Made by a program: the position numbers and the translations under genes. This document shows, piece after piece, positions 9,863 through 19,943 of a DNA stretch of 64,000 bases. The notes under the pieces were generated by a model. The model was given only the letters and a program-made list of their open reading frames with translations, did not search any database and was not told where the DNA came from. The stretch spans positions 192,001 through 256,000 of the forward strand of contig CAVTTN010000002.1 in NCBI GenBank assembly GCA_963737655.1, given 5' to 3'. Each line of letters begins with the position of its first letter. Positions within the stretch are counted from its first letter, which is position 1. Source of the stretch: an uncultured Planctomycetota bacterium (GTDB lineage: Bacteria > Planctomycetota > Planctomycetia > Isosphaerales > Isosphaeraceae).

Positions 9863-10177
9863 TTACCGCTCGACGATCCGGACGTGCTGGACGTTCTGAG
9901 CCTGGAGCCAGGTCAACAGCGCCTCCTGCTCCTCGGAAAGCTCCACCTCGGTCATGTTCGCCGTGTCGAGGGGCGAGACCAGGTCGATGACCCCGTCTTC
10001 CAGGAGCTGGGCCACGTCCTCGGCGGCGAACCAGTATTCATCCTCGCCCAGCGCGGGGACGCCGGCCGACCCTCCGGGGCGGACAAAATAGGCGACCTGG
10101 GAGCGGAGCCTCGGCGAGATCGCCCAGGGAGCGACCTCGGGACGTCCCACGGCCTGGATTTCGATCCTGGACATCAT
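9863..10177 (-). CDS. Hypothetical protein (104 aa, acidic)
   Basis: Natural amino-acid composition, GC3-rich codons, starts 13 bp after the upstream gene's stop. Confidence 0.7.
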   Translation of the reverse strand: MMSRIEIQAVGRPEVAPWAISPRLRSQVAYFVRPGGSAGVPALGEDEYWFAAEDVAQLLEDGVIDLVSPLDTANMTEVELSEEQEALLTWLQAQNVQHVRIVER

Positions 10178-10190
10178 CGGGCCTCGCTGG

Positions 10191-11297
10191 TCACTTCGCC
10201 CCGGTCCCCGAGTCGATCACCACGGCCCGGAGGCCGCCGGACGACTCTTCCCACGCCGCCACGACCGGCCCTCGGCCCATCGGGCCCGATCCCACGACCG
10301 GGTCGTTCGCCTTCTCCGACAGGGGAGACACCAGCGGCAGCGTCCCCGAGAGGGCCCGAAGCCGTCCCGGGCGGCTTTCCAGCCACACCACCACCGGCCC
10401 GTTCGGGCCCGGGGCCGCCCAGGGTTGGACGCCGGCCCCGAGACGTCGCTCCGCCGCCCCGGGATAGTCCGAATAGACCTCCGAGGCGCGGGTCCAGACC
10501 GCGTCGATTCGCCCCTTCGGGCCCGCCGCGATCGCCCCGCCGTCCATCGGGCACTTGTTCAAGACCCAGGTCTTCTCGCCGAGCTTCTCCGCCTCGGTGA
10601 AGGTCTTCCCGCCGTCGGTCGAGCGGGCGAGGTACATGTCTCGCGAACCCTTCACATCATTGCGGAACATCACGTAGAGGGTGCCGTCCGGGGCGAACGC
10701 GGCCGAGGGATGGCAGCAGGTGCAGATGCTTTTCTCCGGGGCCCGGTACACCAGGAGGTCACGCTCCCAGGTCTTCCCCTGGTCGAGGGACCGGGCCCCG
10801 AACAGCTCCATGCGATCGTTTCGGAGGTCCAGCCAGGCGCAGAAGAGCGAGCCATCGGGGGCCGAGGCGAGGGCGTGGAGACCCTCTCGGGCCGAGCCGG
10901 GCACCGAATTCAGCTTCACCGGCCCCGACCACGTCCGGCCCTCGTCGGCCGACCTCCAGGCCAGGACGTCGCCGTCCTTCCCCTTGCCGAGCTCGCCGCC
11001 CACGGCCGTGACGACCACCGCCCCGTCGGTCGCCGCGACCCGAGGGCCTCGCCGCATCCCCAGGGACAACGCCGGCATGCGCCCGACCTCGACGGCGGCT
11101 CCAAACGACTGGCCTCCGTCGGTCGAAACGGCCATTTCCACGGTGTTTCCCACCCCGAACGCCACGAACACCCGGCCGCGCTCGTCCACGGCCACCTGCG
11201 GTTGCTTCGCCTGGGTCTCGGCCGAGACCACGACCGGCTTCAAGGGCCCTACCCCGAGCGACAGGGCGGCGATCAGGGCCACGCAGGCGGACGTCAT
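10191..11297 (-). CDS. BNR/Asp-box repeat (sialidase-like beta-propeller) exported protein
   Basis: Four Asp boxes (STDGGQSF, SADEGRTW, SLDQGKTW, STDGGKTF); ICTCC and CPMDGG motifs; signal peptide. Confidence 0.85.
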   Translation of the reverse strand: MTSACVALIAALSLGVGPLKPVVVSAETQAKQPQVAVDERGRVFVAFGVGNTVEMAVSTDGGQSFGAAVEVGRMPALSLGMRRGPRVAATDGAVVVTAVGGELGKGKDGDVLAWRSADEGRTWSGPVKLNSVPGSAREGLHALASAPDGSLFCAWLDLRNDRMELFGARSLDQGKTWERDLLVYRAPEKSICTCCHPSAAFAPDGTLYVMFRNDVKGSRDMYLARSTDGGKTFTEAEKLGEKTWVLNKCPMDGGAIAAGPKGRIDAVWTRASEVYSDYPGAAERRLGAGVQPWAAPGPNGPVVVWLESRPGRLRALSGTLPLVSPLSEKANDPVVGSGPMGRGPVVAAWEESSGGLRAVVIDSGTGAK

Positions 11298-11396
11298 GAC
11301 TCGGGCTCCGTGTCCATCCCCAGGGAATCTCGATCTCCGGCCGAGTGTACGACGAGGGGCCCGGCCGGAGCAAGGTCCGCGCCCGATCGCGCGAGC

Positions 11397-11426
11397 TTGA
11401 CGACCCCGAGGCCCGGCGGTTAGCCT
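11397..11426 (+). promoter_or_regulatory. Candidate sigma70 promoter for the DUF1549 operon
   Basis: TTGACG-N18-TAGCCT about 55 bp upstream of GTG 11482. Confidence 0.35.
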
Positions 11427-11481
11427 GAACGGACACTCCTCCACGAATCCCGCCGCGAGACGAGCCTCCGGGGAACCCGCC

Positions 11482-13955
11482 GTGAAAACCCCGCCCCTCG
11501 CGCTGCTGATCGCCGTGGCGTTCCTGGGTCCGGCCCGGGGCGACGAGCCGGCGCTCCGCCTCGCGATCCAGCCTCCGGAAATCCGCCTGGGCGAGCGTCA
11601 ACAGGTGGTCGTGACCGGCCTCCTGGCCGATGGTTCGATCCGGGACTGGACCGATTCGGCCCGATTCTCGGTCGATCGGCCCGACGTGGCGGACGTTTCC
11701 CCGTCCGGCGTGGTCACCCCTCGTTCTCGGGGCGAGGCCCGTCTCCGGGTCGAGGCCGGAGGGTCGTCGGCCTCGGTGCCGATCCGGTTCGATGCGAACC
11801 CGGAGGCCCGGACCCCCAGCTTCCGGCTCGACGTCGCCCAGGTCTTCTCCAAGAGCGGCTGCAACATGGGGGCCTGCCACGGCAACCTCAACGGCAAGGG
11901 GGGGTTCCGGCTGAGCCTCCGGGGCGAAGACCCCGGGTTCGACCTGATCCAACTGACCCGCGAGTCCCTGGGCCGAAGAGTCGATCCCAATCGGCCCGAC
12001 GCCAGCCTCGCGCTCCGCAAGCCGCTCGGCCAGTTGCCCCACGAGGGCGGCCAGAGGCTCCTCCCCGACTCCCCCGAGGCCCGGACCCTCCTGGGATGGA
12101 TCGCCTCGGGCGCGACCGACGACGTCGCGACCGCGCCGAAACTGGTGAAACTCTCGGTCTTTCCGACCGAGCGTTACCTGGCTCCGAAGCCCAGTTCCGA
12201 TCCCTCGTCACGGGGAAGCGCCAGCAGCTCGCGGTCACGGCCGAGTTCTCCGACGGCTCGCGACGCGACGTGACCCGCCAGGCCGCTTACGACGTGAACG
12301 ACCCGGGTCGGGCCGAGGTCTCGGCCGACGGCCGGGTGATCTCGACCGGGCCGGGGGAAGTCGTCGTGGCGGTCCGGTATCTCGGCGGAAGAGGCGTGAG
12401 CCGCCTGGCGTTCCTCCCCGACCGGCCGGGCTTCTCCTGGGACGAATCGCCCGGTGAGAACCCGATCGACCTGGCGGTTTTCCCTCGCCTGAAGGCTCTG
12501 AAAATCCGGCCGTCCGACCCGGCCGGCGATTCGGCGTTCCTCCGTCGCGCCTATCTCGACGCCCTGGGCACCCTGCCTTCGCCCGACGAGGCCCGTCGCT
12601 TCCTCGCCGATCGCGACCCCCAGAAACGAGCGAAGCTCGTCGATCGCCTGCTCGATCGACCCGAGTTCGCCGACTTCTGGGCGCTGAAGTGGGCCGACCT
12701 CCTCCGCAACGAGGAGAAGACGATGGGCGCGAAGGGCGTCTGGTCGTTCCAGAGGTGGCTCCGGGACCGGATCGCGGCCGACGAGCCGATGGACCAGTTC
12801 GCCCGGCAGATCGTCGGCTCGCTCGGATCGACCTGGCAGAACCCCCCGGCGAGCTTCCATCGGACCAATCGCGACCCGCAGACCGCGGCCGAGACCGTCG
12901 CCCAGGTCTTCCTCGGCGTCCGCCTCCAGTGCGCCCGCTGCCACAATCACCCGTTCGACGTCTGGACCCAGGACGACTATTACGGCCTCGCCGCGTATTT
13001 CTCCAACGTCAAACGAAGGGAGATCGGCAACGTCCGGTCCGACGACCTGGACTCCCACGAGATCAACGGCGACGAGCTCGTCTATCTCGAAGGCAAGCCC
13101 GGGACGGTCCACCCCCGGACCGGCCTCCCGCTCTCGCCGAAGCCCCCCGGAGGGCCGGCGCCGGCCCTCTCGCCCGACGATCCCGACGCGCTGGACGACC
13201 TCGCCGGCTGGCTGACCCGGGACAACCCCCAGTTCGCCCGGAACCTGGCCAACCGCGTGTGGTTCCACCTGATGGGCCGGGGGGTGGTCGAGCCGGTGGA
13301 CGACTTTCGCGACTCCAACCCCCCGTCCAATCCCGCCTTGCTGGAGACGCTGACCGAGGAGTTCGTCCGCGGCGGCTATCGCCTCAAGCCGCTGGTGGGA
13401 TTGATCTTGAAGTCGAAGACGTATGCCTTCGGTTCGCGGCCCAACGCCACCAACGCCGACGACGAGGCGAATTTCGCCAGGGCGGCCGTCCGACTCCTCC
13501 CGGCCGAGGCCCTCCTCGATGCCATCGGCCAGGCCCTGGACCGCCCCGAGCGGTTCCCCGGCGCCCCGAAGGCGATGAAGGCCGCGCAGCTCCCCGGCGC
13601 GAAGATGGGGGGCGAGTTCCTCAAGGCGTTCGGCAAGCCCGATCGCCTCTTGACGTGCGAATGCGAGCGGTCCGACGCCACCACGCTCGCCCAGGCGTTC
13701 CAGTTGATCAACGGCGAGGCCGTCCGCCTGCGATTGAAGGCCCACAACAACCGGATCGGCCGATTGATGGACGCCGGCAGGCCCGATCCCCAGATCCTCT
13801 CCGAGCTGTATCTGGCCGCCCTGAGCCGAGAGCCGACCGAGGAGGAACGCCGGGTGCATCTCTCGCACGTCGCCCGCTCCGAGGAGAAGCGGAAGGCGTG
13901 GGAGGACGTGGCCTGGGCGATCCTCAACAGCAAGGAATTCCTCCTGCGTCATTGA
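11482..13955 (+). CDS. DUF1549/DUF1553 (planctomycete cytochrome c-like) protein with Ig-like domains; apparent -1 frameshift near 12212
   Basis: GCNMGACHG, FLRRAYLDALGTLP, WADLLR, LQCARCHNHPFD, FARNLANRVW..LMGRG..EPVDDFR, WAILNSKEFLLRH. ORFs 11482-12273 and 12096-13955 join if one G is added to the G-run. Confidence 0.9.
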
Positions 13956-13995
13956 TCGACCCGAGCCCCTCCCGCCAATCCCCGAGAAACGCCCC

Positions 13996-14526
13996 ATGAT
14001 CGCCGAAATCGCCCTGCTCCTGACCCTCCTCACGCCCGCCCAGGCGGCGCCGTCGGGGGAGGCCGCGAAGATCAAGACGGCTCACGAGCAGGCCCAGGCC
14101 TGCGCCAACGCGACGGTCAAGGGGGACTTCGCCAAATTGGCCGACCTGACCCATCCCAGCGTCCTGAAGGCCATCGGCGGCCGAGAGGCGATGATCGAGA
14201 AGACCTCCGCCGCGATGGATCAAATGAAGCAGCAGGGGATGAGCTTCGACCCCCCGAAAGTGGACGCTCCCAAGACCCTGACTCGCTCGGGCTCCACCCT
14301 CTTCTGCGTCGCCCCGACGGCCATCACCATCAAGGCGCCGACGGCCAGGATCAAGATGAAGTCCTTCCTCCTCGGCGTCTCGACCGACGACGGCAAGACC
14401 TGGAAGTTCCTCGACGGCAACCCCGGCGAGGAGAACCTCCGCAAGATCCTGCCCGAGATCCCCAAGGACATGAAGCTCCCGGAGAAGACCAAGCCGGAGA
14501 TCGAGCGGGCCAAGGACGAGAAATAA
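13996..14526 (+). CDS. Exported hypothetical protein
   Basis: Signal peptide ending AQA-A, Lys-rich globular sequence, within the DUF1549-DUF1501 operon. Confidence 0.75.
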   Translation: MIAEIALLLTLLTPAQAAPSGEAAKIKTAHEQAQACANATVKGDFAKLADLTHPSVLKAIGGREAMIEKTSAAMDQMKQQGMSFDPPKVDAPKTLTRSGSTLFCVAPTAITIKAPTARIKMKSFLLGVSTDDGKTWKFLDGNPGEENLRKILPEIPKDMKLPEKTKPEIERAKDEK

Positions 14527-14556
14527 GCCAGGCCCCCGGAATCGAGGAACCCGCCC

Positions 14557-15947
14557 ATGGATCACGCTTGCCCCGACTATCGCGACGCCTTCCGGCTCTC
14601 TCGCCGAGGGCTGATCCGCGCGGCGCCGCCGGGTTCGCCGGGCTGAGCCTGCCGACCCTCCTCCGGGCGGCCGACTCCTCCCCGGGCATCCGCCCCCGGG
14701 CCAAGCACGTGATCTTCCTCCACCAGTTCGGCGGGCCGTCGCACATCGACACGTTCGACATGAAGCCGTCCGCCCCGGACAAGATCCGGGGCGAGTTCCG
14801 CCCGATCGCCTCGGACCTCCCCGGCGTCCCCATCACCGAGCATCTCCCCCGATTCTCCCGGGTCCTGGGCCGGTTCGCCCAGATCCGCGCCGTGAACCAC
14901 CGGATGCGGAACCACTCGCCGGCCGCTTATTATAGCTTGACCGGGCACGTCCCGCCGCTCGACGACATCCGCCTGAGGGACACCCTGGAGCTTTATCCGA
15001 CTTACGGGAGCACCGTCAGCAAGCTCAAGCCGAACGACGACCCGGCGGTCCCCACGTTCGTGGCCTTCCCGCACGTCCTCCGGGACGGGGCGTTGACCCC
15101 CGGCCAGACGGCCAGCTTCCTGGGCAAGTCGTTCGACCCGTTCTTCATCGGCCAGGACCCCAATTCCTCGGGGTTCCGCCTGCCCGAATTGACGCTCCCG
15201 TCCGACACCAGCCTGGCTCGCCTGGACGACCGACGGACCCTCCTGAACGCCATCGACCGCCAGGCCGACCTGATGGAGACCTCGGCCACGGCCCGGGGCA
15301 TCGATGCCTTTTATGATCGCGCCCTGACCATGCTCGCCTCCCCGGCCGTGAAGCGGGCGTTCGACCTTTCCTCCGAAGACCCGAAGCTCCGCGACGCTTA
15401 CGGCCGAACAACTTACGGCCAGTCTTGCCTGATGGCGAGGCGGTTGGTGGAGGCGGGGGTCCGGTTCGTCACGGTGTATTATTCGGCCTCGATCGGCGGA
15501 CAGGCCGGCGGCGGCTGGGACACCCACGGCGAGAACTTCCAGCAGCTCAAGAATCGCCTCCTGCCGATCACCGACATGGCCGTGCCGACGCTGATCGAGG
15601 ACCTCTCCTCGCGGGGGCTCCTGGACGAGACCCTGATCGTCTGGATGGGGGAATTCGGCCGGACGCCTCGGGTGACGGACACGAAGCAATTCGGCCCCAA
15701 CGGACGGGACCACTGGCCCAACTGCTACACCGCCCTGATGGCCGGCGGAGGGGTCCGACCCGGGGCGATTTACGGGTCGAGCGATCGGATCGGGGCCTAT
15801 CCGGCGACCGACCCGGTCTCCCCCGACGACATCGCCGCCACCATGTTCTGGGCGCTCGGGATCGACCCCTCGGCCGAGTTCCACGACGCCCTGAACCGCC
15901 CCCTGCCGATCGCGGCGGGCAAGCCGTTGACGGCCATTTTTGGTTGA
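14557..15947 (+). CDS. DUF1501 family protein with Tat-like signal; apparent -1 frameshift near 14622
   Basis: MDHACPDYRDAFRLSRRGLIR then AKHVIFLHQFGGPSHIDTFDMKP, CLMARRLVEAGVRFV, WDTH, GEFGRTP, GRDHW. Confidence 0.9.
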
Positions 15948-15970
15948 TCAATCGTTCGTATTGCCTTGTC

Positions 15971-16055
15971 GGGTGGCATGCTTACGTCTTCGTAAGCATG
16001 TCTTCGGTTCGAGACTGACCGAAGACATGCTTACGAAGACGTAAGCATGCCACCC
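15971..16055. repeat. REP-like palindromic doublet, GGGTGGCATG family, second copy
   Basis: GGGTGGCATGCTTACGTCTTCGTAAGCATGTCTTCGG followed by its reverse complement. Confidence 0.9.
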
Positions 16056-16354
16056 AGCCGTTCCCCGAATTCGGATTCCTGGTACTGCCTCTTCCGTCGT
16101 TCCCGGGTCGGCCCGATCGCGAAATCCCCTCGCCGCCGGGGCTGGAACGGGTATGATGAAGGGGGGTTGACGCCGATCCTGGAGAGAGGACCGTTCCGTG
16201 GGTCTCTCGAACGGGGCGGTTGGCATGTTCGACCGCCGGGCCTCCCGGCCGGATCGCTTCGCCCGAGGGCGGGTTTCTGGAGAGGGCGGACCGGAGTTCC
16301 GGCTCGTCGCGGACGAGCCGCCGGGGACCGGGTTCCGCCCGGGGAGATGAGCGG

Positions 16355-17728
16355 TTGGTGGGTCGGATCGAGGGACTCTCGCGATCGCTCGTGATCGTCG
16401 GCGCCGGGACCGCCGGGCTCGCCGCCGCCGAGGAAGCGGCCCGGTGCGGGCTCGCCGCCTCGGTCCTGGATGATCGCCTTTCCTCGGGGCCGCCCGAGGC
16501 GGGCCAGGACGGATTCCGGGTCTTCGCCGGGGTTTCCGCCATCGCGCTGTCGCCCGATCGCGAGCTGCTCTGGGGGGGATCGGACCAATCCGGAGTAATC
16601 CGGCCGGATCGGCTGATCCTGGCCACGGGCGGCCGGCCGCGAACCGTGCCGTTCCCGGGCTGGACGCTCCGCGGCGTCCTCTGGCCGGACGAGTTCGGCG
16701 CCCGTTCGAGCGGCTTCGACGACCTTCGCGCGATCGTCGCCGGGACCGGACCGGCCCTCCTGGCGATCGCCGCCGAGCTCCGTGACGCCGGGGCCCGGGT
16801 CGTCGCGGTCCTGGAGGCCGGCTCGCCCCCGCCGACCGACCCGGATTCGCCCGAGGTCGCGGAAGTCCCGGCCTGGCTCGCCGCGGCCGAGCTCCGCGAA
16901 GACCTCGCGACCTCGGGAATCCCCGTCCTCCACGATCACGCCCTGTTTCGGGCCATCGGGATCGAGCGGGTCGAGGAGGTCGAATTCGGGCCGGTCGATC
17001 CCGAGGACTGGTCGCCGATCCGGGACCGGGCGCAGACCTCGGCCGTCGATCTCGTGGTGCTCGACTTCGGCGAGCTGCCCCAGGACGAGCTCGCGACCCT
17101 CGCCCGATGCTCGCAACGGTTCGATCTCCCGCTCCAGGCCTGGGTTCCGACGCGGGACCGCGTGCTCCGGACCACGATCCCGGGGATTTTCGCCGTGGGG
17201 ATCGGGGCGGGGGTGGCGTCCTCCCTGGTGGCCGAGGAAGAAGGCCGGATCGCGGGGATCACCGCCGCCGAGGAGGCGGGCTTGCTGTCGAGGACGGCCG
17301 CCGAGTCGAGGCGGGCCGAGGTCTTCGCCCGGCTCGACCGCCTGGTCGAGGCCCGCCGGGCGATCGAGGGCCCCTCCCGAATCCGGCCGGGGCTGTGGTC
17401 GCTGGCCGACTCTACGACGGTCCTCTGTCCGTGCGAGGGGGTCACGCTCGGCGCGGTGGAAGCGGCCCTGGCGAGCGGCCCGGCGGACCTTTCGACGGTC
17501 AAGCTGGCGACCCGTCTCGGGATGGGCCCGTGCCAGGCCCGAAGGTGCGGCGCGTCGTCGGCCGCGATCGTCTGCGAGAAGAGCGGCCGGACCCCGGCGG
17601 AAGTGGGCCGGATCAACGCACGCCCGCCGGCCCGGCCCGTCACGCTCGGGGCCCTGGCCCGGATGGACGTGCCGGCCGGGTCCACGCCCATCGACGCCCA
17701 GGACGCCATCGGCGGGAGGGACTTGTGA
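16355..17728 (+). CDS. hcnB: HcnB/OoxA-like FAD-dependent oxidoreductase with C-terminal BFD-like [2Fe-2S] motif
   Basis: VIVGAGTAGLAAA, LILATGGRPRTVPFPGWTLRGV, IVAGTGPALL, TVLCPCEGV..KLATRLGMGPCQARRC; stop overlaps the next start (GTGA). Start position uncertain. Confidence 0.7.
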   Translation: MVGRIEGLSRSLVIVGAGTAGLAAAEEAARCGLAASVLDDRLSSGPPEAGQDGFRVFAGVSAIALSPDRELLWGGSDQSGVIRPDRLILATGGRPRTVPFPGWTLRGVLWPDEFGARSSGFDDLRAIVAGTGPALLAIAAELRDAGARVVAVLEAGSPPPTDPDSPEVAEVPAWLAAAELREDLATSGIPVLHDHALFRAIGIERVEEVEFGPVDPEDWSPIRDRAQTSAVDLVVLDFGELPQDELATLARCSQRFDLPLQAWVPTRDRVLRTTIPGIFAVGIGAGVASSLVAEEEGRIAGITAAEEAGLLSRTAAESRRAEVFARLDRLVEARRAIEGPSRIRPGLWSLADSTTVLCPCEGVTLGAVEAALASGPADLSTVKLATRLGMGPCQARRCGASSAAIVCEKSGRTPAEVGRINARPPARPVTLGALARMDVPAGSTPIDAQDAIGGRDL

Positions 17729-18983
17729 CGCGGTCGTCCGAGGTGGTCGTCATCGGCGGAGGGGTCATCGGCGCGTCGGTCGCGTACTTCGCGGCGAGGC
17801 GAGGTCTCGACGTGATCCTGATCGACCGCCCGAAGCGGGGCCGGGCCACCTCGGCCTCGGCCGGGGGCTCTGGCCGATCGGCGAATCCGTCGGGCTCGGG
17901 TGCGGAGTGATCTATTACAAGGCGATGGCCGCCGAGAGGAAGGGCGAAGGCCGAGGCCCGTCGGCCCTGCCCGCCGCCTTCCTCGACTTCGCCCTCCGCT
18001 CCAACGCCATGTTCCCGACCCTGGCCGGCGAGCTCCGCGACGCCTCGGGGATCGACATCGAATGGGACCGCACGTCCCTCCTGTTCATCCTGTTCGACGA
18101 GGGGGACGTCGCCTTCGGCCGGAACGTCCAGGAACGGTTCCCCGGAGGGGGACGGTCGGTCACCTGGCTCGGCGCCGACGACCTGGCGAAGGCCGAGCCG
18201 GCGGTCAGCCGATCGGCCCTCGGTGCCCTGCGGTTCCTGGGGGACGATCAGGTCAATCCCTACAAACTCGCCGATGCGTTCCGGGCGGCGGCCCGGGCCA
18301 AGGGGGCGCGGGTCGTCTCACCGGCCGAGGTCACGGGCCTGAGGATCGAGGGCGGGGCCGTCCGGGGCGTCGAGCTGGCCGACGAGGCCATTTCGTGCCG
18401 GCTGGTGATCAACGCCGCCGGGGCCTGGGCCTCGGAGGTCGGCCGGATGGCCGGCGTGGAGATCCCCGTGAAGCCGATCCGGGGGCAGATCCTCGGCACC
18501 GAGGCCCTGCCTCCCTCGCTGTCCGCCTGCCTGTCCACGGCCGATTGCTACCTCGCCCAGAAGAGGCACGGCGAGATCGTGATCGGCAGCACGACCGAAG
18601 ACGTGGGCTTCGATCACGGCGTGACGCCGTCCGCCCTGAAGAACCTCGCCGCCGGGGCGATCCGGGCGGTCCCTTCGCTCGAAACCGTCAGCCTGAAACG
18701 GACGTGGTCGGGCTTCCGGCCGGGGACCCCCGACGAGCTGCCGATCCTCGGCCCGGTCGAGGGCCTGCCGGGCTATCTGAACGCGTGCGGCCATTTCCGA
18801 ACCGGCATTCTGAACGCTCCGCTGACCGGCCTGTTGCTCGCGGAGATCGCCTCCGGGGATCGGCCGTCGGTGAATCTGGAGCCGTTCGCCCTGTCCCGGT
18901 TCGGTCTGCGGGAAACCTGCCTGGCGACCGCGGAAGTCCCCGGGCTCCCGGCCTCGGCCGGGCTTCATCCGACCCCTCGGTGA
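17725..18983 (+). CDS. hcnC: Hydrogen cyanide synthase subunit HcnC-like FAD oxidoreductase (DAO family); apparent -1 frameshift in G-run near 17865
   Basis: VVIGGGVIGASVAY...ATSASAGGLWPIGESVGLGCGVIYY, DFALRSN, DQVNPY, DCYLAQK.HGEIVIGSTTEDVGFD, YLNACGHFRTGIL match Pseudomonas HcnC as I recall it. Confidence 0.8.
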
Positions 18984-18990
18984 GCCGACC

Positions 18991-19854
18991 TTGGACCGCA
19001 TCGCCCCTTCCGTCGCGGCCCAGCGGGCCGTCCCGGTCGTCGAGAACGCCGCGATCGCCCGGGACACGTTCCGGCTCCGGCTGGCCGATCCGGCGATGGC
19101 CCGGCAGATCCTCCCCGGGCAGTTCGTGATGATCCGCCCCTCGGCCGGGACCGACCCTCTGCTGGCCCGGCCGTTCGCCCTGTTCGACGTCGTCCGCTCC
19201 CCCTCGGGCGAGCCCGAAGCCTTCGAGGTCGTCTACCTCGTGATCGGCCGGGGAACGGCGGCGCTCTCGAAGGCGAAGCCGGGCGACCTGCTGACCGTCT
19301 GGGGACCGCTGGGCCACGGGTTCGGCCCCTCGCCCCACGGCCCGGCGGTCTTCGTGGCCGGAGGGATCGGCCAGACGCCGTTCCTCGCCCTGGCGAAGTG
19401 GTGGACCGGACGCGCCGAATATGGCCTGGAATCGGGGATCGCGGGCGCTCGGGCCTCCTCGACCACCCTGCTCTACGGGGTCCGCTCGGCCGACCTGCTC
19501 GCCGGGGTCGAGTTGTTCGAACAGGCGGGGGTCGAGGTCGAGCTTTGCACGGATGACGGCTCGGCCGGGCGCCGGGGGTTCGTCACGTCGGCGTTGATCG
19601 ATCGATTGGCCCGAGGGGAACGACCGGCGAAGGTCGTCGGCTGCGGCCCTCCGCCGATGCTCTCGGCGTTGTCGAGGATCGTCGAGGAACACGGCCTCGA
19701 TGCCGACCTTTCGCTCGAAAACCACATGGCCTGCGGGTTCGGGGCCTGCTTCAGCTGCGTGGCGCCGATCCGTCAAGACGACGGATCGGTCGACCTGAGA
19801 CGGGTTTGCGTCGAAGGGCCGATTTTCCCGGCGAGGACCGTGGTTTGGGAGTAG
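18991..19854 (+). CDS. pyrK: Dihydroorotate dehydrogenase B electron-transfer subunit (FAD, [2Fe-2S])
   Basis: PGQFVMIR..LLARPFAL, GPLGHGF, VAGGIGQTP, TDDGS, CGPPPML, ENHMACGFGACFSC..RRVCVEGPIF. Confidence 0.85.
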   Translation: MDRIAPSVAAQRAVPVVENAAIARDTFRLRLADPAMARQILPGQFVMIRPSAGTDPLLARPFALFDVVRSPSGEPEAFEVVYLVIGRGTAALSKAKPGDLLTVWGPLGHGFGPSPHGPAVFVAGGIGQTPFLALAKWWTGRAEYGLESGIAGARASSTTLLYGVRSADLLAGVELFEQAGVEVELCTDDGSAGRRGFVTSALIDRLARGERPAKVVGCGPPPMLSALSRIVEEHGLDADLSLENHMACGFGACFSCVAPIRQDDGSVDLRRVCVEGPIFPARTVVWE

Positions 19855-19930
19855 GGTGCATGCGATGCACCGTCTTCGATTCCTTCCCGCGTCGAACGGA
19901 ATCGAAGATGGTGCATTGCATGCACCCTAC
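19851..19930. repeat. GTAG-family REP doublet
   Basis: GTAGGGTGCATGCGATGCACCGTCTTCGATTCC and an inverted copy ending CCCTAC (2 mismatches); a degenerate third hairpin follows at ~19934-19954. Confidence 0.9.
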
Positions 19931-19943
19931 ACGCGGGTGCATT

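Noticed and set aside
16056..16354. Hidden or frameshifted hcnA upstream of hcnB
   Set aside because: No CxxGxCxxC or RAC ferredoxin motif in the forward-frame translations covering this interval.
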